DNA of 63,807 nucleotides, counting the filler, from Chiloscyllium plagiosum (lineage: Eukaryota): assembly GCF_004010195.1 (NCBI RefSeq). It is 4 parts of one record of this genome, joined end to end, with 100 filler letters (N's around TTAATTAATTAA, not from the genome) between each part and the next. Parts side by side here need not be neighbours in the genome. Positions count along the whole stretch, not along the records: positions 57,212 to 63,807 come from NC_057712.1; 3 more parts are not named here. One strand, written 5' to 3'. Of this stretch, positions 63,415-63,807 are shown piece by piece (within the stretch, counting starts at the first letter, position 1; each line of letters opens with the position of its first letter). A model generated the notes under the pieces. It did not search any database. It was not told where the DNA came from and worked only from the letters and a program-made list of their open reading frames with translations. The position numbers were made by a program, and so were the translations under genes.

Positions 63415-63807
63415 GTGGAAAGGGGGAGATTAACTGCAATCCTGTGGTTGACAGAAGGGAAGGGTGAAGAAGAGCAGAGCAGTAGTAATTGGGGACTCGA
63501 TAGTTCGGGGCACAGATAGGCGGTTTTGTGGGAACGAGAGAGACTCACGTTTGGTATGTTGCCTCCCAGGTGCAAGGGTACGTGATGTCTCTGATCGTGT
63601 TTTCCGGGTCCTGGAGGGGGAGGGGGAGCAGCCCGAAGTCGTGGTCCATATTGGCACCAACGACATAGGTAGGAGGAGTGCCGAGGATGTTAGACAGGCT
63701 TTCAGGGAGCTAGGTTGGAAGCTCAGAGTTAGAACGAACAGAGTTGTTGTCTCTGGTTTGTTACCCGTGCCACGTGATAGAGATTCAAGGAATAGGGAAA
63801 GAGAACA
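63415..63807 (+). mobile_element. CR1 ORF1 esterase (continues beyond window)
   Basis: RAVVIGDSIVRG, CCLPGARV, VVVHIGTND, VSGLLPVP. Confidence 0.92.

Noticed and set aside
52449..63807. Urocortin/urotensin I gene expected downstream of MPV17 from human synteny
   Set aside because: No CRH-family precursor ORF is visible in this interval.

Overview
Repeat-dominated eukaryotic genomic DNA, inferred to be from a cartilaginous fish (shark): it carries HE1-type V-SINEs and abundant CR1 LINEs with SGNH-esterase ORF1. The window is four assembly segments joined by artificial 100-nt spacers (44 N + TTAATTAATTAA + 44 N). Three host coding exons are recognisable. One is a 107-bp minus-strand exon of a UCKL1-like uridine-cytidine kinase (30190-30296). 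The other two are the last coding exons of MPV17 on the plus strand (50356-50408 and 52379-52448). Nearly everything else is decayed mobile DNA. This includes many nested CR1 copies, about ten HE1 SINEs, a Rex1/Babar LINE end, LTR-like elements and several Penelope-like families carrying hammerhead ribozyme motifs. It also includes a defective class I (gamma/epsilon-like) endogenous retrovirus at 9215-14199 with a 4-bp TSD, gag-pol UAG junction and env, whose RT core is replaced by about 440 bp of unrelated sequence. No intact transposon ORF, RNA gene or CRISPR array is supported. All family assignments are from motif recognition without database searches.
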